Assembly (NCBI GenBank): GCA_963748215.1
Contig: CAVVHS010000007.1
Location: 320,001 to 384,000, forward strand
From: an uncultured Gammaproteobacteria bacterium
GTDB lineage: Bacteria; Pseudomonadota; Gammaproteobacteria; UBA9214
Direction: 5' to 3'
Length of the DNA stretch: 64,000 nucleotides
Shown here one piece after another: positions 8,972 through 18,669 of this stretch (the first letter of the stretch is position 1; each line of letters starts with the position of its first letter). A program made the translations under genes and the position numbers. Below the pieces are notes generated by a model. It saw only the letters and a list, made by a program, of their open reading frames with translations, made no database searches and was not told the DNA's origin.

Positions 8972-10090
8972 TCAGGTCGGCGCGTCGCGGGAAACGATAA
9001 GGGCCGTACGCAGGCGTTGCTGTCCGAAGATGGAAATCCGCGCAAAATCCTCGCGCGCGATAGGCAGGTACTGACAGTCGAGCGCGCCCTGGCTTATTTC
9101 TTCCGGATCGGGGTCATGTACGTACAGGCACTCGCTGTCGTGGCCGCTGACGGTGACCCAGTGTGGTGCCTTCTTGCCATCCAGCCGCCAGGTGCTGATC
9201 ATCACCAGCGGGATGGCGTTGTGATTGAGGGCATGGATGAGCCGTTCCTGCTTGATGTCGGAATAGTGGATCCTGATTCCCTTTGCCTTCGCCTGTTCGA
9301 GGTAGTCCTTGTGAACCAGCTCGATGACCCGTTTCTTGTTGGCATCGCGCACGCTGTCGACGAACAGGGTCTTGCGCGTATTGATCCAGACCTCGGCACT
9401 GAAGCCGCGCTGCCGTGCGGCCAGCGCCAGGCCGAGCGGGTGACAGCCGCCATGGCCGGAGGTCATGAAGATGGTGGTGGCCTCGCGCCAGATCTGCAGT
9501 TCCTCGTGATGCGACGGGACGTAGTCTTTCGACACGCCGCTCATGGCCATCATCAATGCCGCCGGTCCGCAGGTGAAGGGTGTGCTCTGGCGAATCCACG
9601 GCATCTCGATGTGGCGCTCGCGTACGCGGTACTGGTGAATGCGTTTTTGCATGCGAATGGCGTCACTGTGATCGTCGTAGTAGTCGCGGTAGACGCCGAA
9701 CGGCGTGTATCCCAGCGACTCGTACAGCCGGATCGCGCCGCGGTTTTCGGCGCCGACCTCCAGGCGCATGATGAAACGCCCGCTCTCGCTGGCGGCCTTT
9801 TCGCCGGCCTCGATCAGGCTGCGCGCAATGCCGCGACCGCGAAAGTTACGATCGGTGGCGATCGAGTACAGGCGTGCCAGGCGTGTGCCGGTGTGGTAGA
9901 TGACCAGGATGTAGCCGGCCAGGACGCCGTCGATGCTGGCGACCAGGAAGGCGCGGCTGGTGCTGGCGATCCAGTGCCGGAAGCTGCGCCGGCTGAGCCG
10001 GTCGGTGCTGAAGGCGGCTTCCTCCAGCGTCACCAGGGCATCCAGGTCGTCAGCCCTGACCACGCGCAGCCTGAACCCGTTATCCGTCAT
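8972..10090 (-). CDS. GNAT (RimI-like) acetyltransferase fused to peptidase C39-like (DUF3335) domain
   Basis: RGRGIA acetyl-CoA motif, NRGAIRLYESLGY; C-terminal QSTPFTCGPAAL, APHWV, HDP. Confidence 0.85.
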   Translation of the reverse strand: MTDNGFRLRVVRADDLDALVTLEEAAFSTDRLSRRSFRHWIASTSRAFLVASIDGVLAGYILVIYHTGTRLARLYSIATDRNFRGRGIARSLIEAGEKAASESGRFIMRLEVGAENRGAIRLYESLGYTPFGVYRDYYDDHSDAIRMQKRIHQYRVRERHIEMPWIRQSTPFTCGPAALMMAMSGVSKDYVPSHHEELQIWREATTIFMTSGHGGCHPLGLALAARQRGFSAEVWINTRKTLFVDSVRDANKKRVIELVHKDYLEQAKAKGIRIHYSDIKQERLIHALNHNAIPLVMISTWRLDGKKAPHWVTVSGHDSECLYVHDPDPEEISQGALDCQYLPIAREDFARISIFGQQRLRTALIVSRDAPT

Positions 10091-11187
10091 GCCAGCATTC
10101 CCTCCAGCGCCAGATCGATGACCTGGCGTGCCCGCGAGAGTACCTGCCTGCGCCAGTCCGGGTCGGCCGGGCAGAAGTGCGCGCGCAGCGCATCGACCAG
10201 TGCCAGGTAGTCCGGGTGCAGGGTGGGCTCGCTGCCATGCGCGGCGCGGAAGCGGTGATCGCGCAGCAGCACATCGAACAGCTCGCCGGTGGCCTGCGTG
10301 CCGAATTCCAGCGTGACGAAACAGCTACCCGGCTGCATTATCGCATGCCAGGCGTAATCGAGCAGGCCGAGTTTGGGTACCGAGCTGGATGTACCCAGCG
10401 CGGGCAGGGTGCATTCGTCGCCGTACCACGCGTGTGCGGTGTGTGCGCCATCGCTGTCCGGCTGGTTGTCGCAGATGATCTCGCCGTAGCCATACGGACC
10501 CAGCCCGGTGTGCACGTCGATGACGGCAAGGCGGCGTTCCAGGAGCCGGTACTCCGCCATGACGGCTTCGATGGTGCGACGCCCCTGCGCCGGCTGTATG
10601 CCGCCGTAGAACGGGCCGAGCGGGTCGCAGTACTGGCCGCCGCTGACCGCGATTTCGTACGCGGTCTGGCCATGCTCGCGGCGATACCTGTCCAGGGCGT
10701 GTTGCCGCCGGTTTCTGTCGTCGTCGAACAGGGCCGCGCGCAGCGCGCGGTAACCCGGGTTGTCCGGCAGCGGTTGAGTGAAGTCGATGAAGTTCCGGTT
10801 CAGGTCTATACCCTCGGCATCGCAGCGCCGGTGCCATGCATAGCCCCAGGGGTTGAGCGCATGGATGCACAGGATGGCGAGGTCGTCCGGGAGTTGTGCC
10901 GGCAGGCGGGCGAGCAGGTCACAGAGGACGGCCGTGCCGGCGAAACCTTCGATACCGTGCGTGCCGCCGATCACGACCAGCACCCGGCGCGCGGACGCAG
11001 TGCCCAGCCAGGCGCTGTGTGTTGCCAGCGCGGCCCCTTCGGGCGTGTGGCCGGGGACAGGCCAGCTACGCACGGTGGCAGACAACCCGCAGGTCGCGAG
11101 GTGTGTCTCCCACAGCCGGCATGCCTGCAGGTAGCTGTCCGGGAATACGGCCAGTGAAAACTCGGAAGTTGTGAAGGGTAATTGCAT
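10087..11187 (-). CDS. M14-like zinc carboxypeptidase (DUF2817 family)
   Basis: GTHGIEG, NPWGY, DLNRNF, DVHTGLG, LEFGT; 4-bp overlap with the GNAT gene. Confidence 0.85.
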   Translation of the reverse strand: MQLPFTTSEFSLAVFPDSYLQACRLWETHLATCGLSATVRSWPVPGHTPEGAALATHSAWLGTASARRVLVVIGGTHGIEGFAGTAVLCDLLARLPAQLPDDLAILCIHALNPWGYAWHRRCDAEGIDLNRNFIDFTQPLPDNPGYRALRAALFDDDRNRRQHALDRYRREHGQTAYEIAVSGGQYCDPLGPFYGGIQPAQGRRTIEAVMAEYRLLERRLAVIDVHTGLGPYGYGEIICDNQPDSDGAHTAHAWYGDECTLPALGTSSSVPKLGLLDYAWHAIMQPGSCFVTLEFGTQATGELFDVLLRDHRFRAAHGSEPTLHPDYLALVDALRAHFCPADPDWRRQVLSRARQVIDLALEGMLA

Positions 11188-11342
11188 GTAGCGACATCGC
11201 AGCGGTAGGGCGCAGCATAGCCCCGGCGCCGGCGGTTGCAAGCTAAATATTTACACCGGCGCACAGAATCCGCTTGAAGCAATAAACTGATGTGCGCACA
11301 ATCAGGCTACCTTGCAACCCTGACGGAAATCTGCGGACCCGG

Positions 11343-12809
11343 ATGTCACAAACACTGATCGTGGTCGATGACCTGGAGGACTGGGCGCCTTTCTACCCCA
11401 GCGAGCAGGTCATGAGTTTCAAGGCCTACCTGGACGGCGGGCGTTTCGATAATCCCCAGCGCATACGCATCATTAACCTCTGCAAGGGTTACCGCTACCT
11501 CGCAGAGGGCTATTATTGCTCACTGCTGGCAGAGGCGCGCGGGCATCATGTCATCCCGTCGGTGCAGGTGATCAATGACCTGGGCAAGCGTGCCCTGTAC
11601 CAGTTACAGCTGGGTGAGTTGGCCGAGGCGCTGGAACGCAGCCTGGCCGATCATGACAGGAGCAAGCAGCTACGGGTCAGGAGCTATTTCGGCACCACGC
11701 CGGAGCCGGCCTATCGCGACCTGGTGCGCAAGCTGTTCGAACTGTTTCCCTGCCCGGTGCTGGAGGCCGAGCTGCAATACCGGCGGCAGTGGGAGGTGGT
11801 GTCGCTCAAGGCCCTGTCGGCACACGACCTGGACGATGCCGCGCAGACCGCATTTGCCGAGGCGCTAGACCATTACAGCCGCCAGGTCTGGCGCGGCGCG
11901 CGCAAGCGCAAGCGTTATCGCTACGACCTGGCCATTCTGGTCAACCCCGATGAGCAGATGCCGCCCAGCGACGGTGCGGCGCTGAAACGGTTCATCCGGG
12001 CCGGCCGTGAACTGGGTATCGATGTCGAGCTGATCAAGCAGCGCGATTACCCGCGGCTGACCGAATTCGACGCGCTGTTCATCCGCGAGACCACGGCGAT
12101 CGACCATCACACCTACCGCTTCGCGCGCAAGGCGGCGGCCGAAGGGCTGGTCGTCATCGACGACCCCGACTCCATCCTGCGCTGTACGAACAAGGTCTAC
12201 CTCGCCGACCTGTTCCATAACCGCAAGGTGCCGGCACCGCGCACCCGCATCCTGCACAAGGGCAGCCCCGGTCGGGTCGAAAAGCTGGAGGAGGAGTTCG
12301 GCTACCCGATCGTGCTGAAAATTCCGGACGGCTCGTTTTCACGTGGCGTGGTCAAGGTCGAGAATGCCACGGAACTGCAGGCCAGTCTCAAGGACCTTTT
12401 CAAAAAGTCGGCGCTGCTGCTGGCGCAGGAGTTTTTCTACACCGATTTCGACTGGCGCATCGGCATCCTGAACAACAAGCCGCTGTATGCCTGTCGCTAC
12501 TTCATGGTGAAGAAACACTGGCAGATCTACCGCCATGGCAATTCCCGCACTGCCAGCGGCGGCTTCGATACCCTGCCGACGTTCGAGGTGCCGCGTGACG
12601 TGCTGCGTTCGGCACTGGCCGCAACCCAGCCGATCGGTGACAGCCTGTATGGCGTCGACGTCAAGGAAAAGGACGGCAAGGGTTACGTCATCGAGGTGAA
12701 CGACAATCCGAATATCGACCGTGGCGTGGAGGACAAGTACCTGGGCGAGGAGCTGTATCGCCTGATCATGGGCGAGTTCCTGCGCCGCATCGAGGAGCGC
12801 GGTGTCTGA
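11343..12809 (+). CDS. RimK-family ATP-grasp ligase with N-terminal RLAN domain
   Basis: INLC..YRY..EGYYCSLLAEARGH N-domain; LKIPDGSFSRGV, DWRIG, YGVD, EVNDNPN. Confidence 0.9.
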   Translation: MSQTLIVVDDLEDWAPFYPSEQVMSFKAYLDGGRFDNPQRIRIINLCKGYRYLAEGYYCSLLAEARGHHVIPSVQVINDLGKRALYQLQLGELAEALERSLADHDRSKQLRVRSYFGTTPEPAYRDLVRKLFELFPCPVLEAELQYRRQWEVVSLKALSAHDLDDAAQTAFAEALDHYSRQVWRGARKRKRYRYDLAILVNPDEQMPPSDGAALKRFIRAGRELGIDVELIKQRDYPRLTEFDALFIRETTAIDHHTYRFARKAAAEGLVVIDDPDSILRCTNKVYLADLFHNRKVPAPRTRILHKGSPGRVEKLEEEFGYPIVLKIPDGSFSRGVVKVENATELQASLKDLFKKSALLLAQEFFYTDFDWRIGILNNKPLYACRYFMVKKHWQIYRHGNSRTASGGFDTLPTFEVPRDVLRSALAATQPIGDSLYGVDVKEKDGKGYVIEVNDNPNIDRGVEDKYLGEELYRLIMGEFLRRIEERGV

Positions 12810-12810
12810 T

Positions 12811-13290
12811 TGATAATGGCCACGGAATCCACGGAATAACACGGAAGAATGAAATCCGGGCGTAGGGTGCGTTTTACGCGCCGCCAACGGTGCACGGAGT
12901 GCACCCTACAAAAACATAATAGCCACGGAAGCACACGGAATTACACGGAAAAACAATGTCAGGCGTAGGGTGCGTTTTACGCACCGGCAAAGGTGCGCCG
13001 AGTGCACTGTATAAAAGTAGCCACGGAATCCACGGAAGAACACGGAAAGAATGTAGGGTGCACTCTGTGCACTATTGAGTGAGACGTGAAAGGTGAAACG
13101 TGTATTACGCGTGCGAAAGATAATGGCCACGGAATCCACGGAATTACACGGAAAAATGAAATCCGGGCGTAGGGTGCGTTTTACGCACCGCCCACTGAAA
13201 AAATGGCCACGGAAGCACACGGAAACACACTGAATGTTGTTGGTTTTTCCGTGTGCTTCCGTGTGGTTCCGTGTGGTTCAGTGGCTATTA
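12811..13290. repeat. Composite repeat cluster: (CACGGAA)x3 units alternating with GTAG-type REP palindromes
   Basis: Units at ~12816, 12919, 13018, 13123, 13203, inverted at 13247-13288; REPs gtagggtgcgttttacgc(a/g)cc at 12862, 12965, 13169; inverted REP 12889-12909. Confidence 0.9.
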
Positions 13291-13361
13291 CCTGTCCTGA
13301 AAGTGATCCAGATGCAGGTGGTACAGAAGGTAAGGCCAGAAATAACGGCTTGATCAGGCTC

Positions 13362-15165
13362 CTAGTGCTGTACATCGCGCGTCAGCATGTCGAGCGACAG
13401 CGGCGGAAAGTACATGCCGAGCGGCTTGCTTGCCCACCAGTTGCCGGTCGCGGCGCGTTCCTGCGGGGTGGTGAAACGATAATCCTCCAGGCGCGCGCGC
13501 ACCAGCCGCGGCGGCCGCTCCGGAAAGGGGTTGTATTCCAGCAATGCCGTTACCTGCGGCGAGCCTTCCAGCAGGCGCACCATGAAATCGGGAAACCAGA
13601 ACGTGGTGCGCGTGTTGGGCCGGTTGATGGCGGCGAACCACATCATCCAGTCGAGTCGCGGCTGGTGCGGGATGTTGAAGCGCGGACGCCGGGACAGGTC
13701 GCCGGGCTTGTAACGGAAGCCGTAGGCATGCCACTCGCGTCCGTCGTCGGACCCTTCGACGATGATCTCCGGACGTTTCGTCGTCATGTTGGGAAACACG
13801 TGGTAGTTGTTGACGATGTGCCAGTGCACCAGCAGGCGCACCACCGGCTCGTTGAAGGCGGGCAGTGGCCGACGGGTGAACGAGGACCACATCATGCTGA
13901 GGCTGGAGGACACGATCAGCACGGCCAGCAGCGCCGCAGTCGCGGTCGCGATCCGGCCGGGCCGCAGCGGCAGTTGCGGCAGGCGCAGGCCGCGCAGCGC
14001 CCGGTCATCGAACAGCAGCAGGCACAGCAGGATGGTGAGCAGGTTGAAGAAGTTGTGGTTGCTGCTCAGCATGATCAGCAACTGCATCAGGATGGTTACC
14101 CACGCCGCGAACAGGCGCGGCCTGCGCGGCAGGAACACCAGGAACGGCACCAGCAGTTCGGCGAAGAAGGTGAATCCGACCCCGGCGCGCAGCACCACCT
14201 CCGGCAGCTGGTGCGCGAACCACGCGCCGACGGTCGGCAGGGGCTGGGTCTCGAAGTAGTGTGTCAGCGCCGTGAAGCCGGCCCAGGATTCGTCGCCGCT
14301 GAGCAGCTTGTAGGCGCCTGACAGGAAGCGCAGCCGGAACAGCACCCAGTGCATCAGCCAGATAATCACGGCGGAACCCCAGGGCAGGAAGATGGCGAGG
14401 AAGCCGGTCTCCAGCAGCAGGAAGTCCCACTGGAAGGTCATGAACACCTGGCCGGCATAGACCAGCGACAGGTAGAGCAGGAACAGCAGCGGCAGCACCG
14501 TGCGCGTGAAGATGTTCAGCGTCAGCAGCAGGGCTGGCAATGGCGCCGGCGACACACACGGCCTGGATCGCGGTATCGCCGGCATCCAGCCAGAACAGGC
14601 TCGGATTCAGCCACCAGGGCCGCGTGCCATGCTGTGCGATCAGGGCCTGCAGTTCGTCCGTCAGCGGCAGGATGCCCTGGCTGCCGATCAATCCCAATGC
14701 CTGGACGCCGAACGAGACAAAGGCCGCGAGGTAGACCAGCCCCAGCAGGCGCAGGAACAGCCAGCTGACCGCGCGATAGTCGGAGGGATAGCGTTCGCGG
14801 CCCCACAGCAGGCGCGCCAGCCGGCCGGCGGCCACACGGTGCCGGGCCGTCAGCCGGTAGATTCCTTCCGCCAGCGGCGCGAACCCGGGCAACCACCGGC
14901 TGGCACGCAGCCAGCCGGGTCGGCCACCGGCGGCGAGCACGCGAAAGGCCGCCGCGGCACCGCTGTGGCGGCTGCCGTCGGGCGCCAGCAGCTGGATGCT
15001 GCGGACGAATTCCTCATGCGGGATCTGCGGGAATTCGGCTGCGGCCTGCTGGAAAGGGGCGTAGTCCACGGCGTCGCCGGTCAGGCGCTGCCAGTAACGC
15101 ACCTGGCCACTGCAGAAATCGCAATCGCCATCGTAAACCAGTAACGGCCGGTCGGAGTGGGGCAT
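13362..15165 (-). pseudogene. DCC1-like thiol-disulfide domain + lipase maturation factor (LMF) protein, split by a +1 frameshift (possible sequencing error)
   Basis: YDGDCDFC N-terminus; LMF motifs FQWDFLLLETG, HYFETQPLP, PHQPRLDWMMWF; removing one G of GGG 14531-14533 joins the frames. Confidence 0.8.
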
Positions 15166-15316
15166 GGCGGCAGTATAGCCGTACACGGTGCACGGTTAAC
15201 TGATACGTGTCAGGTGGCGAACGGTTTGCCGGGGTTATCATGGCAGCAAGTCGGGCGGTTCAGCCGGTTTTTCGGATGCCGGAAAGTGGTTACCTGCAAA
15301 CGACACAAACAGCGGG

Positions 15317-16054
15317 GTGATGATGATGGTATTTCAACAACTGCTGGCGGGCCTGCTGTGTGCCGCCATGAGCGCCGGTCTGGCGGCAGCGCAGGACCGG
15401 AGTGCGGAACGCGATGCCATGGTCGAGCTGATCGACCAGAAGGTGGCGGAGACGGCGGAATTCATCGGCAAGCCACGGCTGGATGACGCCGTGCTGGAGG
15501 CCATGCGCACGGTGCCGCGCCATGCTTTCGTGCCGGAGGACGAACGCGCGCGCGCCTACGACAACCGGCCGCTGTCGATCGGCTATGGCCAGACCATTTC
15601 CCAGCCCTTCATCGTGGCGTTGATGACCGACCTGCTGGACGTCGGGCCCGATGCCACGGTGCTGGAAGTCGGTACCGGCTCGGGCTACCAGGCGGCCGTG
15701 CTGTCCGGCCTGGTGGCCAGCGTCTACACCATCGAGATCGTGCCGCAGCTGGGCGAGCGGGCGCGGGGCGTACTGCAACGGCTCGGCTATGACAACGTCG
15801 AGGTACGCATCGGCGACGGTTATTACGGCTGGGAGGAGCACGCGCCGTTCGATGCCATCATCGTCACGGCGGCGGCCAGTCATGTGCCGCCGCCGCTGGT
15901 CCGCCAGCTCAAACCCGGCGGGCGCATGATCATTCCGGTCGGTTCGCGGTTCATGGTGCAGGAACTGCTGCTGGTGGAAAAGACCGCGGCGGGCGAGGTA
16001 TCGACGCGGCAGGTCCTGCCGGTGGCGTTCGTGCCGCTGACCGGCGGTCACTGA
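15317..16054 (+). CDS. pcm: Protein-L-isoaspartate O-methyltransferase with N-terminal signal-like peptide
   Basis: VPRHAF, GQTISQP, VLEVGTGSGYQAA, APFDAIIVTAA, FVPL. Confidence 0.93.
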   Translation: MMMMVFQQLLAGLLCAAMSAGLAAAQDRSAERDAMVELIDQKVAETAEFIGKPRLDDAVLEAMRTVPRHAFVPEDERARAYDNRPLSIGYGQTISQPFIVALMTDLLDVGPDATVLEVGTGSGYQAAVLSGLVASVYTIEIVPQLGERARGVLQRLGYDNVEVRIGDGYYGWEEHAPFDAIIVTAAASHVPPPLVRQLKPGGRMIIPVGSRFMVQELLLVEKTAAGEVSTRQVLPVAFVPLTGGH

Positions 16055-16078
16055 GGCCGTGACGCGGCCGCGAAACCG

Positions 16079-18541
16079 GTGACCACGGTGCCGGGCGCAC
16101 ATCGCGAGGCCCGCGTCCCGCTGCTGTCGGTGGCGCTGCTCTCGGTCAGCGTGCTGGCCTACGAGATCCTGCTCATGCGCCTGTTCTCGATCATCCAGTG
16201 GCATCATTTCGCCTACATGGTGATCAGCCTGGCGCTGTTGGGCTACGGCGTAAGCGGCACCCTGGTGACCCTGTTGCAAGCGCGGCTGATGGCGCGCTTT
16301 GCTGCGGTGTATACCGGCTGCATTGCCGCCTTCGCGCTGAGCGCCGTGTTCTGTTTTCTGGCCGCGCAGCAGGTGCCGTTCAACGCCGAGCTGGTGCTGT
16401 GGGACATGCGCCAGCCAGGGTGGCTGCTGTTGCTGTACCTGCTGCTGGCCGCGCCCTTTCTGTTCGCCGCCACGGCGCTGGCGCTGGCGTTGATGCGTTA
16501 CAGTGAGGCGATCGGCAGGGTCTACGCCGTTGACCTGGCCGGTGCCGGCCTGGGCGGGCTGCTCGTCATCGCTTTGCTGTTCCTGGTCACGCCGCTGCAG
16601 GCGCTTACCGTCATCGGCCTGCTGGCGCTGCTGGCCGCGGCTATCGGTGCGCGCGAGACCGGGCTGGTCAACGGGCGCCGGCTGCGCGCGCTGCTCGGTG
16701 TCGCCGCGCTGGTGCTGATCGGCGGTGGCCTGCATGGCGAATTGCAGCTCTCGCCCTACAAGGGACTCAGTCAGACGCTGCTGGTGCCCGGTACCCATGT
16801 CGTGGCACAGCGCTCGAGCCCGCTCGGCCTGCTGAGCGTGGTAGAAAGTACGCAGGTGCCATTGCGCCACGCCCCGGGCCTGAGCCTGCTGGCCACGCAG
16901 GAGCCGCCACCCCAGCTGGGCGTGTTCACGGACGGTGACGGCATGACGGCCATCACGCAGGACAGCGGCGAGCGCGCGGCACTGGCGTGGCTCGATCAGA
17001 CCACGTCCGCATTGCCGTACCACCTGCGCGGCATCGAACACGCACTGATCCTGGGTGCGGGTACCGGCGCGGATGTACTGCAGGCGGATTACCATGGCGT
17101 GCCGCGGATCACGGCGGTGGAACTCAATCCGCAGGTCATCGACCTGGTGCGCGACCGCTATGCCGCGTTTACCGGGCACCTCTACCAGCGTGCGGCCGTG
17201 CACACCGATGAGGCGCGCGGCTTCGTGGCGGGCAGCCCCGGGCGCTACGACCTGATCAACATCGCCCTGCTGGATGCGTTCGGCGCCGCGGCGGCCGGCC
17301 TGTATGCACTCAACGAAAGCTACCTCTACACCGTCGAGGCGCTGGAGGATTACCTTGCCCACCTGCAGCCGGACGGCTACCTGTCGATCACGCGCTGGGT
17401 GACGCTGCCGCCGCGCGATACGCTCAAGCTGTTCGCCACCGCGCTGACCGCGCTGCAGCGCCGCGGTGAGGCACACCCGGCCGACCACCTGGTGCTGGTC
17501 CGCAGCTGGCAGACCGCGACCCTGCTGGTCGGGAACGCGCCGTTCAGCCCGGCGGAGATCGAGCAGGTGAAGACCTTCGTGCAGCGCCTGGGTTTCGATG
17601 TCGCCTGGTATCCGGGCATGCCGGCGGTGGAGGCAAACCGTGTCAACCGCCTGCGCGAAGCGTATTTCTACCAGGCGGCCGTGCGCCTGGCCGGCGCCGA
17701 ACGGCAACAGTACCTGCAGGACTACAAGTACGACCTGCAGCCGGCGACTGACAACCAGCCGTACTTTTTCCATTTTTTCAAATGGAGCGCGTTACCGGAA
17801 ATGCTAGCGCTACGCGGGCAAGGCGGCATGCCGCTGCTGGAGTGGGGCTACCTGGTGCTGGTTGCCACCCTGCTGCAGGCGCTGCTGGCGAGCGTCGTGC
17901 TGATCCTGGTGCCGCTGCTGGCGCTGCGGCGCCGCGCACGCAACGCTATGGCCGACAGCGTCGGACGGGGCAGGGTGTTCGTGTATTTCGCGGCCATTGG
18001 CCTGGCCTTCCTGTTCATCGAGATGGCGTTTATCCAGCGCTTCACGCTGCTGCTGCACCATCCGCTGTACGCGGTCGCCACCACGCTGAGCGGTTTTCTG
18101 GTGTTCGCCGGTCTCGGCAGCCACTGGAGCCAGCGCTGGTCGCGGCGCAGGCAGCAGACGCGCGGCATCGCATTCGCGGTCGCCGGCATTGCCGCCATCA
18201 GCCTGGCCTGGCTCGTGTTACTGCATACCTGGCCGGCCGCGCTCACGGGCTGGTCGCTGCCGGTCAAGGTCGTGCTCACGCTGAGTATGATCGCGCCGCT
18301 GGCGTTCTGCATGGGACTGCCGTTTCCACTCGGCCTGTCGCGGCTGGCGGAACAGGCACCCGATTACCTGCCCTGGGCCTGGGGCGTGAACGGCTGCGCC
18401 TCGGTGATCAGTGCCGTGCTTGCCACGCTGCTGGCAATCCACTTCGGTTTCAGTGCGGTGATCCTGCTGGCGGTGCTTTTGTACGGGGTCGCAGCGCTGA
18501 GTGTGCCAGGCGGACGAAGTGTGATCGCTGCGCAACGATAG
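16079..18541 (+). CDS. Multi-TM membrane protein with central spermidine-synthase-like SAM-binding domain
   Basis: TM bundles at both ends; LILGAGTG, VELNP, EAR, PATDNQPYF, WAWGVNG. Confidence 0.8.
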   Translation: MTTVPGAHREARVPLLSVALLSVSVLAYEILLMRLFSIIQWHHFAYMVISLALLGYGVSGTLVTLLQARLMARFAAVYTGCIAAFALSAVFCFLAAQQVPFNAELVLWDMRQPGWLLLLYLLLAAPFLFAATALALALMRYSEAIGRVYAVDLAGAGLGGLLVIALLFLVTPLQALTVIGLLALLAAAIGARETGLVNGRRLRALLGVAALVLIGGGLHGELQLSPYKGLSQTLLVPGTHVVAQRSSPLGLLSVVESTQVPLRHAPGLSLLATQEPPPQLGVFTDGDGMTAITQDSGERAALAWLDQTTSALPYHLRGIEHALILGAGTGADVLQADYHGVPRITAVELNPQVIDLVRDRYAAFTGHLYQRAAVHTDEARGFVAGSPGRYDLINIALLDAFGAAAAGLYALNESYLYTVEALEDYLAHLQPDGYLSITRWVTLPPRDTLKLFATALTALQRRGEAHPADHLVLVRSWQTATLLVGNAPFSPAEIEQVKTFVQRLGFDVAWYPGMPAVEANRVNRLREAYFYQAAVRLAGAERQQYLQDYKYDLQPATDNQPYFFHFFKWSALPEMLALRGQGGMPLLEWGYLVLVATLLQALLASVVLILVPLLALRRRARNAMADSVGRGRVFVYFAAIGLAFLFIEMAFIQRFTLLLHHPLYAVATTLSGFLVFAGLGSHWSQRWSRRRQQTRGIAFAVAGIAAISLAWLVLLHTWPAALTGWSLPVKVVLTLSMIAPLAFCMGLPFPLGLSRLAEQAPDYLPWAWGVNGCASVISAVLATLLAIHFGFSAVILLAVLLYGVAALSVPGGRSVIAAQR

Positions 18542-18669
18542 CCGCATCTGATGCGGTTCGCTGTGCTTACCATATCCTGCGGGCTTAAGCTGTTGATTCA
18601 CAGTACCCTGGGTAAGGAATTCGTAATTTACGAATAGTGATAAACGTATTCTGTCCCTGCCTATTCGTC

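Noticed and set aside
12811-13290. CRISPR array
   Set aside because: Repeats are degenerate, occur in both orientations, the intervening sequences are themselves repeats, and no cas genes are present
15290-17773. 827-aa minus-strand ORF and similar long antisense ORFs (1168-2358, 8807-10210, 45015-46766, 47857-49209, 60752-62089)
   Set aside because: Shadows of well-supported genes on the opposite strand in high-GC DNA; no family motifs
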